From Ginglymostoma cirratum (Eukaryota): a stretch of 64,000 nt of DNA. The stretch's first letter is position 1; each line of letters begins with the position of its first letter. The stretch is taken from contig JAHRHZ010000061.1 in assembly GCA_024137785.1 (NCBI GenBank), forward strand, positions 5,587,050 to 5,651,049, given 5' to 3'. The notes below the pieces were generated by a model. The model was not told the DNA's origin and ran no database searches. It saw only the letters and a program-made list of their open reading frames with translations. This document shows positions 63,750 through 64,000 of the stretch, one piece after another. The position numbers and the translations under genes are program-made.

Positions 63750-64000
63750 TTAAGATAACAAGGTGTAGAGCTGGATGAACACAGCTGGCCGAGCAGCGTC
63801 AGAGGAGCAGGAAAGCTGACGTTTCGGGCCGAGACCCTTCCTCAGAAATGGGGGAGGGGAAGGGGGTTCTGAAATAAATAGGGAGAGAGGGCGAGGTGGA
63901 TAGAAGATGGATAAAGGAGAAGATAGGTGGGGAGGAGACAGACAGGACAAAAAGGCGGGGATGGAGCCAGTAAAGGTGAGTGTAGGTGGGGAGTTAGGGA
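63750..64000 (-). mobile_element. young Penelope 3' end / pLTR running off the window
   Basis: Same pLTR family as 18883-19118 and 4427, with CpGs retained. Confidence 0.85.
63818..63845 (-). ncRNA. minimal type-I hammerhead ribozyme core (best-preserved copy)
   Basis: Minus strand CUGAGGA-A-GGGU-cucg-GCCC-GAAAC-GUC. Confidence 0.65.

Noticed and set aside
1-64000. Remaining short ORFs in the track; prokaryotic operon or CRISPR-type systems
   Set aside because: ORFs are transposon fragments or random; the sequence is intron/intergenic vertebrate DNA with no repeat-spacer array.

Overview
Repeat-dense vertebrate genomic DNA. HE1 V-SINEs, HER1/CR1 LINEs, a Deu-type SINE and Penelope elements point to a cartilaginous fish, probably a shark (inference). 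One host gene is supported: the 5' end of DCBLD2 on the + strand, with a CpG-rich promoter near 32.5-32.9 kb, coding exon 1 (32707-32800, signal peptide), a 28.7-kb intron and coding exon 2 (61458-61685, CUB domain). The rest is mostly decayed transposons: CR1, L2, RTE, Rex1/Babar, a CR1/Zenon-like APE+RT LINE, two Gypsy fossils, a Harbinger fossil, a Tc1/mariner-type MITE, SINEs and Penelope pieces. Most notable observations: (1) minimal hammerhead-ribozyme cores in many Penelope terminal repeats, including three short fold-back elements each bounded by its own target-site duplication; (2) a LINE whose 5' end is a tRNA-derived head, together with bipartite SINEs made of that LINE's two ends; (3) an overlapping uORF and a short signal peptide in DCBLD2. 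No prokaryotic features or CRISPR arrays were seen. All calls were made by eye and repeat boundaries are approximate.
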